A DNA stretch of 64,000 nt from Limisphaerales bacterium. Lineage in GTDB: Bacteria; Verrucomicrobiota; Verrucomicrobiia; Limisphaerales; JAJOIW01. Shown here in pieces: positions 1 to 9,387 of the stretch. The stretch covers positions 128,001-192,000 of the forward strand of contig CBFHOE010000007.1 of NCBI GenBank assembly GCA_965657355.1, in the 5' to 3' direction. The first letter of the stretch is position 1. Each line of letters begins with the position of its first letter. The position numbers and the translations under genes were made by a program. The notes below the pieces were generated by a model. It had not been told where the DNA came from. It saw only the letters and a program-made list of their open reading frames with translations, and searched no databases.

Positions 1-407
1 AAATTATCACAAATTCTTTACCTATCGCCGCTCATTATGCCAGTAACAGCTACCTCGAAGTCATTGTCACAGGAGGCGTGATTTACCCAAGGCTAGGTGT
101 GTTAGTTGGGCCATTAGCTGTGGATGCCTTCAAAAAAATGAATGTAGATGTCGCTATCATGGGTGCTGGCGGCTTAACCGAGGAGGGAATTACCAATAGC
201 CATGTTCTTTTGATCGACATACAAAAAGCCATGATGGCCGCTGCTAGCAAGGTGATTCTTTGCCTAGATCACACCAAAATTGGAAGAAAATCTGTCACCA
301 AGCTTTGTGATTTGGATCAAATTGACACTCTCATCACAACCAGGCCTTTACCGGAAAACCTTGAAAAGAAATTAATCGATAACGGCACGGAGATTATCAT
401 AGCTTGA
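1..407 (+). CDS. DeoR/GlpR-family transcriptional regulator, C-terminal sensor domain (5' truncated by window edge)
   Basis: Frame is open from the window edge (IITNSLPIAAHY...VIVTGGVIYP). It has the DeoR-type ITNSL, GAGG and LDHTKIG motifs and IDTLIT near the C-terminus. Confidence 0.85.
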   Translation, partial: IITNSLPIAAHYASNSYLEVIVTGGVIYPRLGVLVGPLAVDAFKKMNVDVAIMGAGGLTEEGITNSHVLLIDIQKAMMAAASKVILCLDHTKIGRKSVTKLCDLDQIDTLITTRPLPENLEKKLIDNGTEIIIA

Positions 408-429
408 TGACCAAGGTTCCATAACCCGT

Positions 430-3400
430 TCATTCTCCTTTTGTGCTTCTCAAAAAATTAATGATGGAAGCAATCTCGGTTGGTTTTAAAATTTCAGCGA
501 AATTTGATGGCATCAATGAAACTGGGTGAGATGTCATATTCTCAATATCTTTTTTCAAAAGCGTTCTTAATTGACCTCCCGGAAACGACAAGGTGACACT
601 TGTGGGTGATTCAGAGGAAAATAATCCTACAAAATCGGGTCCTTTTCTCATTTCAAGTCTAACCGTTTGGTAGCCTTCAGTGATTGCTTCATTAGGAAAA
701 AGAATATCCCTCAATATTGTTTCAGGTGCTCGCTGGAATTCAGAATCCAGGTTAGGGCCGGCGATTTGCCCTACCCCGCGGGACTGATGGCAAACGGAGC
801 AATAATTAGTAAATAGATCTCTTCCTGAATTATGCTCTTTTGTGGGTTTTGATTTACTTAGCTCCGACAAAAAAGAAGGAAAACGTTTTTCAATGTTTTT
901 CAATATTTCCTCACTGGGCAATAATGGGATGGCAACTTCTAGTCTCTCCCCTCTCAATTCAGCGCTCAAAGCTGATCTTAGTATTTTTGAGTATTTTTCT
1001 AGACCGAATCCAGGTGGTTTATCGTTGATTGATATTAATGCTTTCTGAATTTGATTATGATTTTTACGGTCTGCAATGATTTTCACCAGAGCTTCAATAA
1101 AATTGTTATTGTGGGAGTTTTCATCCAGCAGCTTGGACAGCAGCGCCTCTTCACGATTTGATGTGGAGCTTAAAATAGCGATATCCATCCATGAAATATC
1201 AATGTGGTGATTAACAAGAAATAACAACCCACTTAAAGATCTATCACTATTGAATTCACCAAGACTAAGTGCAATTTGTAGTAGCAGCCGAGGTTGATTA
1301 CCATAGTGAGCAGGATTGGCGAGCCAATCCCCAATGCATGATTTAACAGGTGACGAATGAGGATAGGAGTCTCCAATTATCAAAGCATGCCGCCTTACAG
1401 ACCAATCATCATGAAAAAGTGCCTTGTTGATATCTTCGGGATCTAATATGCCTAATCCATCAAGGGTATAGAGAGCGTTAATTACACCAGCTGGCTCAGC
1501 CTTGTTTAGCCATACTTTGAGAATATTTTTTGAAGCTTTGGACTGGTTCTCAATTAGCAATCTTCGTGCTGTTTCTCTTTGCCATGCCCTAACACTTCCA
1601 ATTTTGGAAGCCAGCTGTGAGTCGGATAAGCCAGACAAGTCGGCTGACTGGTTTGCAACAGCTTTTTCATAGCTCAAGCGCCATACTCTTCCGTGGTGCA
1701 TGCCGTTAATAAGGCCGTATTGCTGCTGTAAGTATCTGGGTATTGCAGAATAGTCTTCGATAATTTCCCTGTAAAAATCTGTAATGTAGATAGCACCGTC
1801 TGGGCCGTGGGTAAGATTAATTGGATGAAACCATGAGTCAGTGGAGGCAAGGAATTCGGTATTAGTCGTTTCAGATTGGGCCGATTGATAATAATTCTCG
1901 ACAAGTTTATATTCGTAATTATCCCATAGCGCAGGATTTTCATTAATTATCTTTCGAACTTCCTCTGGGATGAGACTGCGTTTAAGTTTAAAATAAAACC
2001 CACTGGAATTATTACCATTGACGATTTTCATTAAGACTGAATTTGTTCCCTTTCGCAATGGGAGAACGACTCTTTCTTGATCGGCAGCAAGGCTACGATT
2101 AACGTTGTTTTCTAATAATAGTTCTCCATTTAGCCAAAACTTAATTCCATCATTACTACCCAGTGAAGCGTAGACTGCACCTTCCTCTTGACTAGTTAAT
2201 GTTCGGAATAAATAAATCGCAGCATTTTCTTTAAGGCCCAAATCAATAAGCACATCGTCTTTGAAGGAATTTTTGTATTCCCAATGCTTCGCAAAACTAG
2301 TTTGGTCTTTATCGAATAATTTTTCAGGACCAAGGTCATCATTGAATAATGAATTTTTGTCGAGACCACTAAAAGGGCCTAATATCTGCCATGGGCTGGT
2401 TATAGGTAACTCAGCAACCTCGTGATTAGATGTCAATTTCTGAGCCCATGCCTTAACAACCGCCGGATCGGGTACTATTCCCCCTCTGACAAGCTGCATC
2501 ACTGGCCCATTCCAGCGCACTAATGACAAGTGCACAAGGTTTTGGGCCGGTTCACATGTGAAATTAGCCCCACGAAAATATTCCGGAAAAGCGGTATCTC
2601 GGTATACAAAAGGAGAACAGGCGGAGGTAAAATAGCCACTCGGAACAGATTCAGTCAGTCCATACCTATCGGTATAGTATTTCGAAAATCCAGGATCTTC
2701 ATACCGGCGAGTCCTCCAAGGGTGGGGCTTGGAAATTGGGAATGTTTTTTGGTAAGAGGCGGCATTCCGCTCCATTGAGGTTATAGCTAATTCTGAGTTT
2801 CGACTTAAATATCTCCACGGCAAGGGTATGACTTGGTAGCCTGGGGTCCCAGTGCTAATTGTTATGCGATCTCCACCAGCAGTAAAAGTGTGACCAAAGG
2901 TGCCTGTCTGGCCCCCGACGGCTTCGATAGCACTCCCATCTGGTTTAATTCTAAAATCTGTTTTACCTAAGGCAACAGGTTCGTTTAAGTGAGGCCCTGT
3001 AATGCGATCAGCTTTCCCCCCACTCCCTATATAGATCCAATTGTCTAACCCCCATTGAGGAGCGTTTATGCGCCGTTCAAGAACTCCTTCCTCAAATCCA
3101 CTGAAAAGGATTTCACGAATATCTGAAACTCCGTCATTATCGGTATCAGCAAGGTAAATTATATGAGGGGCACAGACTGCAATAATACCTTTTCGAGCTG
3201 GAACCATTCCAAAGCACGGAGGCAAATCTTTGGCAAACACAACCACCCTATCCATTAAACCATCACTGTTCTCATCAAAGAGTTGTTTGATAACTCCGTA
3301 AGTGTTTGCTTCAGCTTTTTTCTTAGCTTCCTCGTTTGCCTGTATACGGCGAACAACCTTATCTAATTGTCCTTTTTTATTAAGCTCTTCAATGTCGTAG

Positions 3401-3663
3401 TGACCTTCAAGATTATAACCATGCAATTCACTAACATATAGCCGCCCAGCCTCATCCCAACAAATTCCGGATGGCGCCTGAATAAGCGGCTCTGAAGCAA
3501 CAAGATCTATGTGAAAACCAGGTTGTAATTGAAACGCCTTAGCGCTCTGGCCGGGAGTAAGCGGTTTAGGGCCGTCGTCAGCATACTTCACTTCGCCTCT
3601 TGAAAAAACTGGATAGAGGAAAAAGGTAAGTAGCATAAAGTAAAAAAACTGCGAGAGCATCAT
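430..3663 (-). CDS. PVC-type membrane-bound dehydrogenase-like beta-propeller + HEAT + c-type cytochrome protein, with ~200-aa insertion
   Basis: Signal peptide, GFHIDLVASEPLI...WDEAGRLYVSE N-terminus, WGLDNWIY, GPDGAIYITDFYREIIE, helical repeats, and a C-terminal CSVCH heme motif followed by GPNLD and SLMP. Confidence 0.85.
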   Translation of the reverse strand: MMLSQFFYFMLLTFFLYPVFSRGEVKYADDGPKPLTPGQSAKAFQLQPGFHIDLVASEPLIQAPSGICWDEAGRLYVSELHGYNLEGHYDIEELNKKGQLDKVVRRIQANEEAKKKAEANTYGVIKQLFDENSDGLMDRVVVFAKDLPPCFGMVPARKGIIAVCAPHIIYLADTDNDGVSDIREILFSGFEEGVLERRINAPQWGLDNWIYIGSGGKADRITGPHLNEPVALGKTDFRIKPDGSAIEAVGGQTGTFGHTFTAGGDRITISTGTPGYQVIPLPWRYLSRNSELAITSMERNAASYQKTFPISKPHPWRTRRYEDPGFSKYYTDRYGLTESVPSGYFTSACSPFVYRDTAFPEYFRGANFTCEPAQNLVHLSLVRWNGPVMQLVRGGIVPDPAVVKAWAQKLTSNHEVAELPITSPWQILGPFSGLDKNSLFNDDLGPEKLFDKDQTSFAKHWEYKNSFKDDVLIDLGLKENAAIYLFRTLTSQEEGAVYASLGSNDGIKFWLNGELLLENNVNRSLAADQERVVLPLRKGTNSVLMKIVNGNNSSGFYFKLKRSLIPEEVRKIINENPALWDNYEYKLVENYYQSAQSETTNTEFLASTDSWFHPINLTHGPDGAIYITDFYREIIEDYSAIPRYLQQQYGLINGMHHGRVWRLSYEKAVANQSADLSGLSDSQLASKIGSVRAWQRETARRLLIENQSKASKNILKVWLNKAEPAGVINALYTLDGLGILDPEDINKALFHDDWSVRRHALIIGDSYPHSSPVKSCIGDWLANPAHYGNQPRLLLQIALSLGEFNSDRSLSGLLFLVNHHIDISWMDIAILSSTSNREEALLSKLLDENSHNNNFIEALVKIIADRKNHNQIQKALISINDKPPGFGLEKYSKILRSALSAELRGERLEVAIPLLPSEEILKNIEKRFPSFLSELSKSKPTKEHNSGRDLFTNYCSVCHQSRGVGQIAGPNLDSEFQRAPETILRDILFPNEAITEGYQTVRLEMRKGPDFVGLFSSESPTSVTLSFPGGQLRTLLKKDIENMTSHPVSLMPSNFAEILKPTEIASIINFLRSTKGE

Positions 3664-3765
3664 GAGATAAAATTAGTGGTATCAAGATCTAACAGACAAG
3701 AATAAAGCTGCACCAATCACTGGCACAGTTCTATTATATAAATTAATCTTTCAAGGTCTATTATA

Positions 3766-4920
3766 TTACTTTTTATCTATGAGCTTTACCATGGCTCGCC
3801 CCATAGCTTCACCAACGTTCATATATGTTTCTGCGTTGCCATTGTAATGCCCACCTGAACTCCCGCCTTTTGACAAAGGATGCGTGTAGACAGCGGCAAC
3901 GTTGCCTTTGAATTCAGGGTATTTCCCTGATTTTCCATCGACAGCTAGCATGGCATCCAGAATTTTTTTTCCATTTCCGGTATCTTCCATTTTAGTTTGG
4001 CCGAGTGTAGCACAAACGAAATCTGCATTCGGGCTATTAAATTCCTTTCTTAGCTGTTTGATCAAATTAACAAGGTTTTTTTCATAATGATGAGAAAGAG
4101 CCTCACTGCGACTATCTCGATCACCCTGCCACCAAAAAAATCCAGCGATTTTGTATTCAGTCGCACCTGGATAATATTTATTGAGCTCACTGAGAACTTT
4201 TTTAGCACGTGCGATGTCTCCGTCATATTGCATTCCTGCATACCAGTTGATTCTTTCAGGATTAGTACCTTTCTTCCAGCGCTCAGGAGACCCTTTATAG
4301 CCAGGATGCACCCAAGTAATTCCTTTTGAATCTGTATATTCATACCCTTTACTCCCTGGCGGCAGTAGATCCCATCCCAGAGCACGATTTCCAATACAAC
4401 TCTTAAGGATCATGACTGGCGCGTCTGTCGTTTGGCCAAGATGATGGCCAATGCCAATCTCGGGCCCGATCCTACCGCTTTTCACAGTCATCCACTCATT
4501 GTTGATTAATCTGCTGCCACCGGTGCCACTGCCCATGACTCTTACATTTCTGACGTCTTTTCGTTCGGTCCAATTTCCTTCATCGTCGACGAGATAGGGA
4601 TATAGTTTTTTCTCTTTCACTGCGTGTTTTAAAGACCCTTCAGGATTTCCTTTACCAGGGTCGATCTTACCGAAGCCAAGCATGTTAGATTGACCAAGCA
4701 AAATATAAACCTGAACCGGCTTAGTCATATCGGCCGATTTTCCATCAGGGTCTGAGAGTGTATTCGATTTATCTGCAGCTAACGCCGCAGTTGAAAGCAA
4801 CAAAAGAGATGCACAAAAAAGATTGATTGAGGAAAAAAATTTCATATCGGATATTTCAAAGCCATAACATATGACTTCAATTTTATCAACTTTGGACAAA
4901 AGCCCTATTTCCCGATACAA
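3766..4920 (-). CDS. SASA / sialate O-acetylesterase-like SGNH esterase (real start probably ATG near 4845)
   Basis: VYILLGQSNM nucleophile motif, IGPEIGIG, FFWWQGDRD, GHYNGNAETY; signal peptide MKFFSSINLFCASLLLLSTAALA. Confidence 0.8.
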   Translation of the reverse strand: MYREIGLLSKVDKIEVICYGFEISDMKFFSSINLFCASLLLLSTAALAADKSNTLSDPDGKSADMTKPVQVYILLGQSNMLGFGKIDPGKGNPEGSLKHAVKEKKLYPYLVDDEGNWTERKDVRNVRVMGSGTGGSRLINNEWMTVKSGRIGPEIGIGHHLGQTTDAPVMILKSCIGNRALGWDLLPPGSKGYEYTDSKGITWVHPGYKGSPERWKKGTNPERINWYAGMQYDGDIARAKKVLSELNKYYPGATEYKIAGFFWWQGDRDSRSEALSHHYEKNLVNLIKQLRKEFNSPNADFVCATLGQTKMEDTGNGKKILDAMLAVDGKSGKYPEFKGNVAAVYTHPLSKGGSSGGHYNGNAETYMNVGEAMGRAMVKLIDKK

Positions 4921-4969
4921 AACAATAAATGAAACTTCAGAAGCTTGATGCTCAGCCTATATCTTAAGA

Positions 4970-6523
4970 CTAAAGTCCCAATTTGTCCTCAGCAACATGG
5001 TAATTTGGGTCCTCAAGAATATTGACTTCTACTATGTCTGAGGCTTTTTTAAGAAGGCGATGGCAGTCTTTGCTGAGGTGGCGAATATGCAATTTTGTCC
5101 CCTGATTGAGATACCTTTCTGTGAGAGTATTGATAGCTTCGATTCCGGAATGATCACAGACTCTAGAGTCTTTAAAATCAATTATAACATCTTCAGGGTC
5201 ATTGCTTGGATTGAACTTTTCCTGAAATTGTTTTACTGATGCAAAGAACAAAGGACCTTTTAAAAGGTACATTTTAGTACCGTGATCATTGGTTGTTTCA
5301 ACAACATGAATCTGCTTCGCGCTTTTCCAGGCGAACACTAAGGCAGAGACTAAAACTCCAATGAGCACCGCAAGAGCTAGATCCGTAAATACAGTGACAG
5401 TTGAGACAAGAATAACAACAAACATGTCGGCCTTTGGTATGCGCCCAAAAAGTCGAAGCGAGGACCATTCAAATGTTCCGAGAACAACCATCATCATCAC
5501 TCCGGTAAGCGCTGCTAGTGGGATCATCTCAATGTAGCGAGAACCAAATAAAATAAAAATCAAAAGAAAGACTGCCGCTGAAATTCCAGACGAGCGGCCA
5601 CGGCCACCTGAGCGTATATTGATCATACTTTGACCGATCATCGCACAGCCCCCCATTCCGCCAAAGAAACCAGTTAAAATGTTAGCAGCACCCTGGCCTA
5701 TGCATTCTTTATTTCCATGACCGCGAGTTTCAGTCAATTCATCAATAAGTGACATGGTCATGAGTGATTCGATTAGTCCGACAGCAGCCATGATCACCGA
5801 ATATTCCCAAATAATACTTAAAGTCTCAAAATTTAAAGGTACGGAAAACCACTTCCAAGTAGGTAAGCCACCACCGATACCAGCTAAATCACCCACAGTC
5901 TGAGAACGCGTATCTGTGGTATACTGAATAAGGAGGGCGACTCCAGTGACAAAAAGGATTGCAGCCAAAGACGATGGAATAGCTTTAGTCCACTTTGGCA
6001 AGAAATGTATAACAGCCATGGTTAGACCAACAAGTCCAAGCATAAGATACAAATCGATACCAGTTTTCCAGGCGGCATCAGCTTTAGTTGGGTCTAAGGT
6101 AAATTGCGGAATCTGAGCGAGAAAAATAACTATCGCCAAGCCATTGACAAACCCAAGCATGACAGGATGAGGAACCAGACGAATAAACTTCCCTAAACGA
6201 AAAAGACCTACAATTATTTGAATAATTCCCATGAGCACCACCGTGGGGAATAAATACTCTACACCATGCTCGGCAACGAGGGACACGCAGACCACGGCAA
6301 GGGCTCCTGTGGCACCCGAAATCATTCCAGGGCGCCCCCCAAAAACTGAAGTTATGAGCCCAACAATAAATGCGGCGTAAAGGCCGACCAATGGGGCCAC
6401 TCCGGCAACAAATGCAAATGCAACTGCCTCTGGAACCAGGGCTAGTGCGACTGTCAATCCTGACAGCAAATCATCTTTAGCATGGAAACGCTTTCCATAC
6501 TTTCGGTAAATTAAAGCAAACAT
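4970..6523 (-). CDS. sulP: SulP-family inorganic anion transporter with C-terminal STAS domain
   Basis: [44 protein letters not shown], many TM helices, STAS motifs GPLFFAS and DHSGIEA. Confidence 0.93.
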   Translation of the reverse strand: MFALIYRKYGKRFHAKDDLLSGLTVALALVPEAVAFAFVAGVAPLVGLYAAFIVGLITSVFGGRPGMISGATGALAVVCVSLVAEHGVEYLFPTVVLMGIIQIIVGLFRLGKFIRLVPHPVMLGFVNGLAIVIFLAQIPQFTLDPTKADAAWKTGIDLYLMLGLVGLTMAVIHFLPKWTKAIPSSLAAILFVTGVALLIQYTTDTRSQTVGDLAGIGGGLPTWKWFSVPLNFETLSIIWEYSVIMAAVGLIESLMTMSLIDELTETRGHGNKECIGQGAANILTGFFGGMGGCAMIGQSMINIRSGGRGRSSGISAAVFLLIFILFGSRYIEMIPLAALTGVMMMVVLGTFEWSSLRLFGRIPKADMFVVILVSTVTVFTDLALAVLIGVLVSALVFAWKSAKQIHVVETTNDHGTKMYLLKGPLFFASVKQFQEKFNPSNDPEDVIIDFKDSRVCDHSGIEAINTLTERYLNQGTKLHIRHLSKDCHRLLKKASDIVEVNILEDPNYHVAEDKLGL

Positions 6524-6587
6524 GGATAAATAACGAACTTGCTTGAGAATTCGAAAAGGGGAACCTTCGGGATCGGAAGGAGCGAGC

Positions 6588-6616
6588 AGACTAGAGAAAA
6601 GAATTCAAAGCGTCAA
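6588..6616 (-). promoter_or_regulatory. Putative sigma70 promoter of sulP (TTGACG-N17-TAGTCT)
   Basis: Minus strand reads ttgacg ctttgaattcttttctc tagtct, with a 17-bp spacer, about 65 nt upstream of the sulP ATG. Confidence 0.65.
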
Positions 6617-6728
6617 TGGGTTTCACTGTAAATTTTATGTTTCAAAGTCAAGCGAATGTCATAAAATTCACGTGTCGCTTATTTACAGTATTAAAACAAT
6701 ACCTAAGTAAATCTAAAGCCATATCAAA

Positions 6729-9320
6729 ATGAAGCAGCTATTACTTTATGTCTCTCTGCTATGCGTCACTAAGCTCGGAGCAATGCAGGCACCTGATACC
6801 AACGATCGGTATACAAAGGACCTCGACACAAATATAACGATTCTTGAGGGCTTTGATGCAGAAATCCTATATTCCGTCCCCAAATCCCAAGGCTCCTGGG
6901 TTGCTATGACCTTTGATCCTAAGGGAAGACTCATAGTTTCTGATCAGGATGATAAAGGCGTATTCCGCGTCACTCTGCCACAGGAAGGCGATATAAATTC
7001 CAGGTTGAAAGTGGAAAGTCTAAAGGGATTTCCATACTTACCTGTCAGTTGGGGCCGACGAAAAGTTGGTGGTGCGTTAGGTTTTCTTTGGGCCTTCGAC
7101 AGTCTTTACATGTCAACCATGAAAGGATTTTACAGAGTAAGAGATACGGACGGGGATGACACTTTTGACGAATTCAAGCTGCTAAAGAAATTGGGTGTAG
7201 GTTACGAACATTCGGCACACTCGATAATAATGACCGAGGACAAAAAGGGATTATACCTGGTGACCGGAAACCACACTCCTTTACCGGCAGGCATTCCAAG
7301 CCTACTGCCTCCTGTTTGGGCTAATGATTCCTTGTTGCAAGAAATGCCAGATGCGATGGGGCATGCCAGGGGGATTCGTCCGCCGGCTGGTTGGATCTGC
7401 CGCATCTCTCCTGACGGAGAAGACTGGGTTATGGTTGCATCAGGTTTCAGAAACTCAGTGGATCTCGCCCTAAACCAGGAAGGTGAACTTTTCACATATG
7501 ACTCTGATCTTGAATTTGATATTGGTTTACCATGGTATAGGCCAACGAGAGTCAATCATGTTACATCGGGGAGTGAGTTTGGCTGGAGAACTGGCTCAGC
7601 TAAATGGCCAGAGTATTTTGAAGATGGCAATGGTGCGGTCATCAATATTGGGCCCGGGTCCCCCACGGGTATAAGTTTTGGTCACCATTCGAACTTCCCA
7701 AACAAGTTTAAAGACAAGCTGTTTATCTGTGATTGGACATTCGGTGCCATATATATTGTCGAGATGGAAGAATCAGGATCGAGCTATACCGGAATTAAAA
7801 AAGAATTTCTAAATGGTGAACCACTAAATATTTCAGCCATGCGGTTCGGACCAGATGGACACATGTATTTTCTTGTTGGTGGCAGGAATACAGACTCAAA
7901 ACTCTACAGAATCAAATACACTGGACCTGAGACAAGTGAACCTGAAAGACGATTAATCAAAAATCAAGAACTGAGGGACGTACGACATTCACTCGAGGCT
8001 TTCCACGGGGTAAACCAAGAAAACAGAGAGGTCATAGATAAGTCTTGGCCGTATTTATCTCATGAAGACAGAAATATCAGGTATGCCGCAAGAGTTGCCA
8101 TTGAGAATCAGCCAGTAAAATCTTGGCAAGAAAGAGTTTTTTCAGAAACAAATCCGAGAAGTCTCATCAATGCAGCCATTGCTCTGGCTCGCCACGGAGA
8201 TAAATCGCTTTCAGGCCGAGTTATTCAAACACTGAATTCAATCCCATTTAATTCTCTGGGCAAAACCGACAAATTAGCACTTCTTCGCGCTTATTCGCTT
8301 TGCTTTTTGAGACTAGAAAAACCGCCAGAAACAGTCATCAATTCCGTCATAGAAAAATTGGATACCCATTACCCAGCTAACGAAGAAACACTGGATATTG
8401 AATTGTGCAGAGTATTGAGCTACCTAAATGCGCCAAACGTCGTTTCCAAAACCGTAGCTCTTATGAAAGTCACTCAAACAAGAGCCATGGATTATGACGA
8501 AAAAGTCTTATCTCGACATGAATACGGAAAAGCCATTCTTGCAGCTATGGCCAATACCCCAAATATTCAAAATATACAATACGCCTATTCTCTAAGACGT
8601 GTGCAAAACAGTTGGTCTTTGGAGGACAGGAAATACTACTTTGGTTGGCTGAAGGAAACATTAGAAAAAAATGGGGGGAAAAGTTTTGCTGGCTACATTA
8701 GAGCTATTCGAGAGGATGCGATCGACCATCTTCCACCAGAAGCTAAGGCATCTGTATCTTGGCTCATTGGTGAGATTAACTCGATTGATCTTAAGAGTCT
8801 ACCATCTCCGAAAGGTCCTCCAGTTGCCTGGACAACAAAAGATGCTGTAAAGCTTTTTGAACAAAATTTGACCGGAAGGGATTATCAAAATGGAAAGACT
8901 ATGTTCTCTGCTGGAAAATGTGTTGCCTGTCACCGAATACAGGGGTCTGGTGGATATTCGGGACCAGGTTTAGGCTCAGTGGGAAGTCGTTACTCTATCC
9001 AGGATATTCTTCTTTCAATCATTGAACCAAGTCACTCTATTTCAGAACAGTATCAGGCTAGCGATATAACTTTGAAATCTGGTGAATCTTTATATGGACG
9101 AATAATCTATCAAAACGAAGATGAATTGGCACTCGCCTCGAATCCCTACAACCTTGGGGTTCTTAATAAAATTGAACCCAAGAAAGTGAAAACCATCAAA
9201 CCCTCCAATACATCACTGATGCCACCAGGAACTATTTTTGGAATGAACCAGGAGGAACTCAAGGACCTCATGGCTTATCTCATTTCAGGAGGAAATAGAA
9301 GACACCAGGTTTTCCAATAA
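6729..9320 (+). CDS. PVC-type beta-propeller + HEAT + c-type cytochrome (heme-binding) protein
   Basis: Signal peptide, GSWVAMTFDPKGRLIVSDQ, GFRNSVD, YDSDLEFDIGLPWYRPTR, GPGSPTG, CVACH heme motif, SLMPPG. Confidence 0.87.
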   Translation: MKQLLLYVSLLCVTKLGAMQAPDTNDRYTKDLDTNITILEGFDAEILYSVPKSQGSWVAMTFDPKGRLIVSDQDDKGVFRVTLPQEGDINSRLKVESLKGFPYLPVSWGRRKVGGALGFLWAFDSLYMSTMKGFYRVRDTDGDDTFDEFKLLKKLGVGYEHSAHSIIMTEDKKGLYLVTGNHTPLPAGIPSLLPPVWANDSLLQEMPDAMGHARGIRPPAGWICRISPDGEDWVMVASGFRNSVDLALNQEGELFTYDSDLEFDIGLPWYRPTRVNHVTSGSEFGWRTGSAKWPEYFEDGNGAVINIGPGSPTGISFGHHSNFPNKFKDKLFICDWTFGAIYIVEMEESGSSYTGIKKEFLNGEPLNISAMRFGPDGHMYFLVGGRNTDSKLYRIKYTGPETSEPERRLIKNQELRDVRHSLEAFHGVNQENREVIDKSWPYLSHEDRNIRYAARVAIENQPVKSWQERVFSETNPRSLINAAIALARHGDKSLSGRVIQTLNSIPFNSLGKTDKLALLRAYSLCFLRLEKPPETVINSVIEKLDTHYPANEETLDIELCRVLSYLNAPNVVSKTVALMKVTQTRAMDYDEKVLSRHEYGKAILAAMANTPNIQNIQYAYSLRRVQNSWSLEDRKYYFGWLKETLEKNGGKSFAGYIRAIREDAIDHLPPEAKASVSWLIGEINSIDLKSLPSPKGPPVAWTTKDAVKLFEQNLTGRDYQNGKTMFSAGKCVACHRIQGSGGYSGPGLGSVGSRYSIQDILLSIIEPSHSISEQYQASDITLKSGESLYGRIIYQNEDELALASNPYNLGVLNKIEPKKVKTIKPSNTSLMPPGTIFGMNQEELKDLMAYLISGGNRRHQVFQ

Positions 9321-9335
9321 CCAATAATGAGTTTT

Positions 9336-9361
9336 CGGGGACTGGAGCCCCCCGCTTTTTT
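9336..9361 (+). terminator. Probable intrinsic terminator downstream of 6729..9320
   Basis: cgggg-actggagcc-ccccg stem-loop followed by c and tttttt, 15 nt after the stop, between convergent genes. Confidence 0.6.
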
Positions 9362-9387
9362 GGTTGAGCTATATGTGAGTTATCTGT

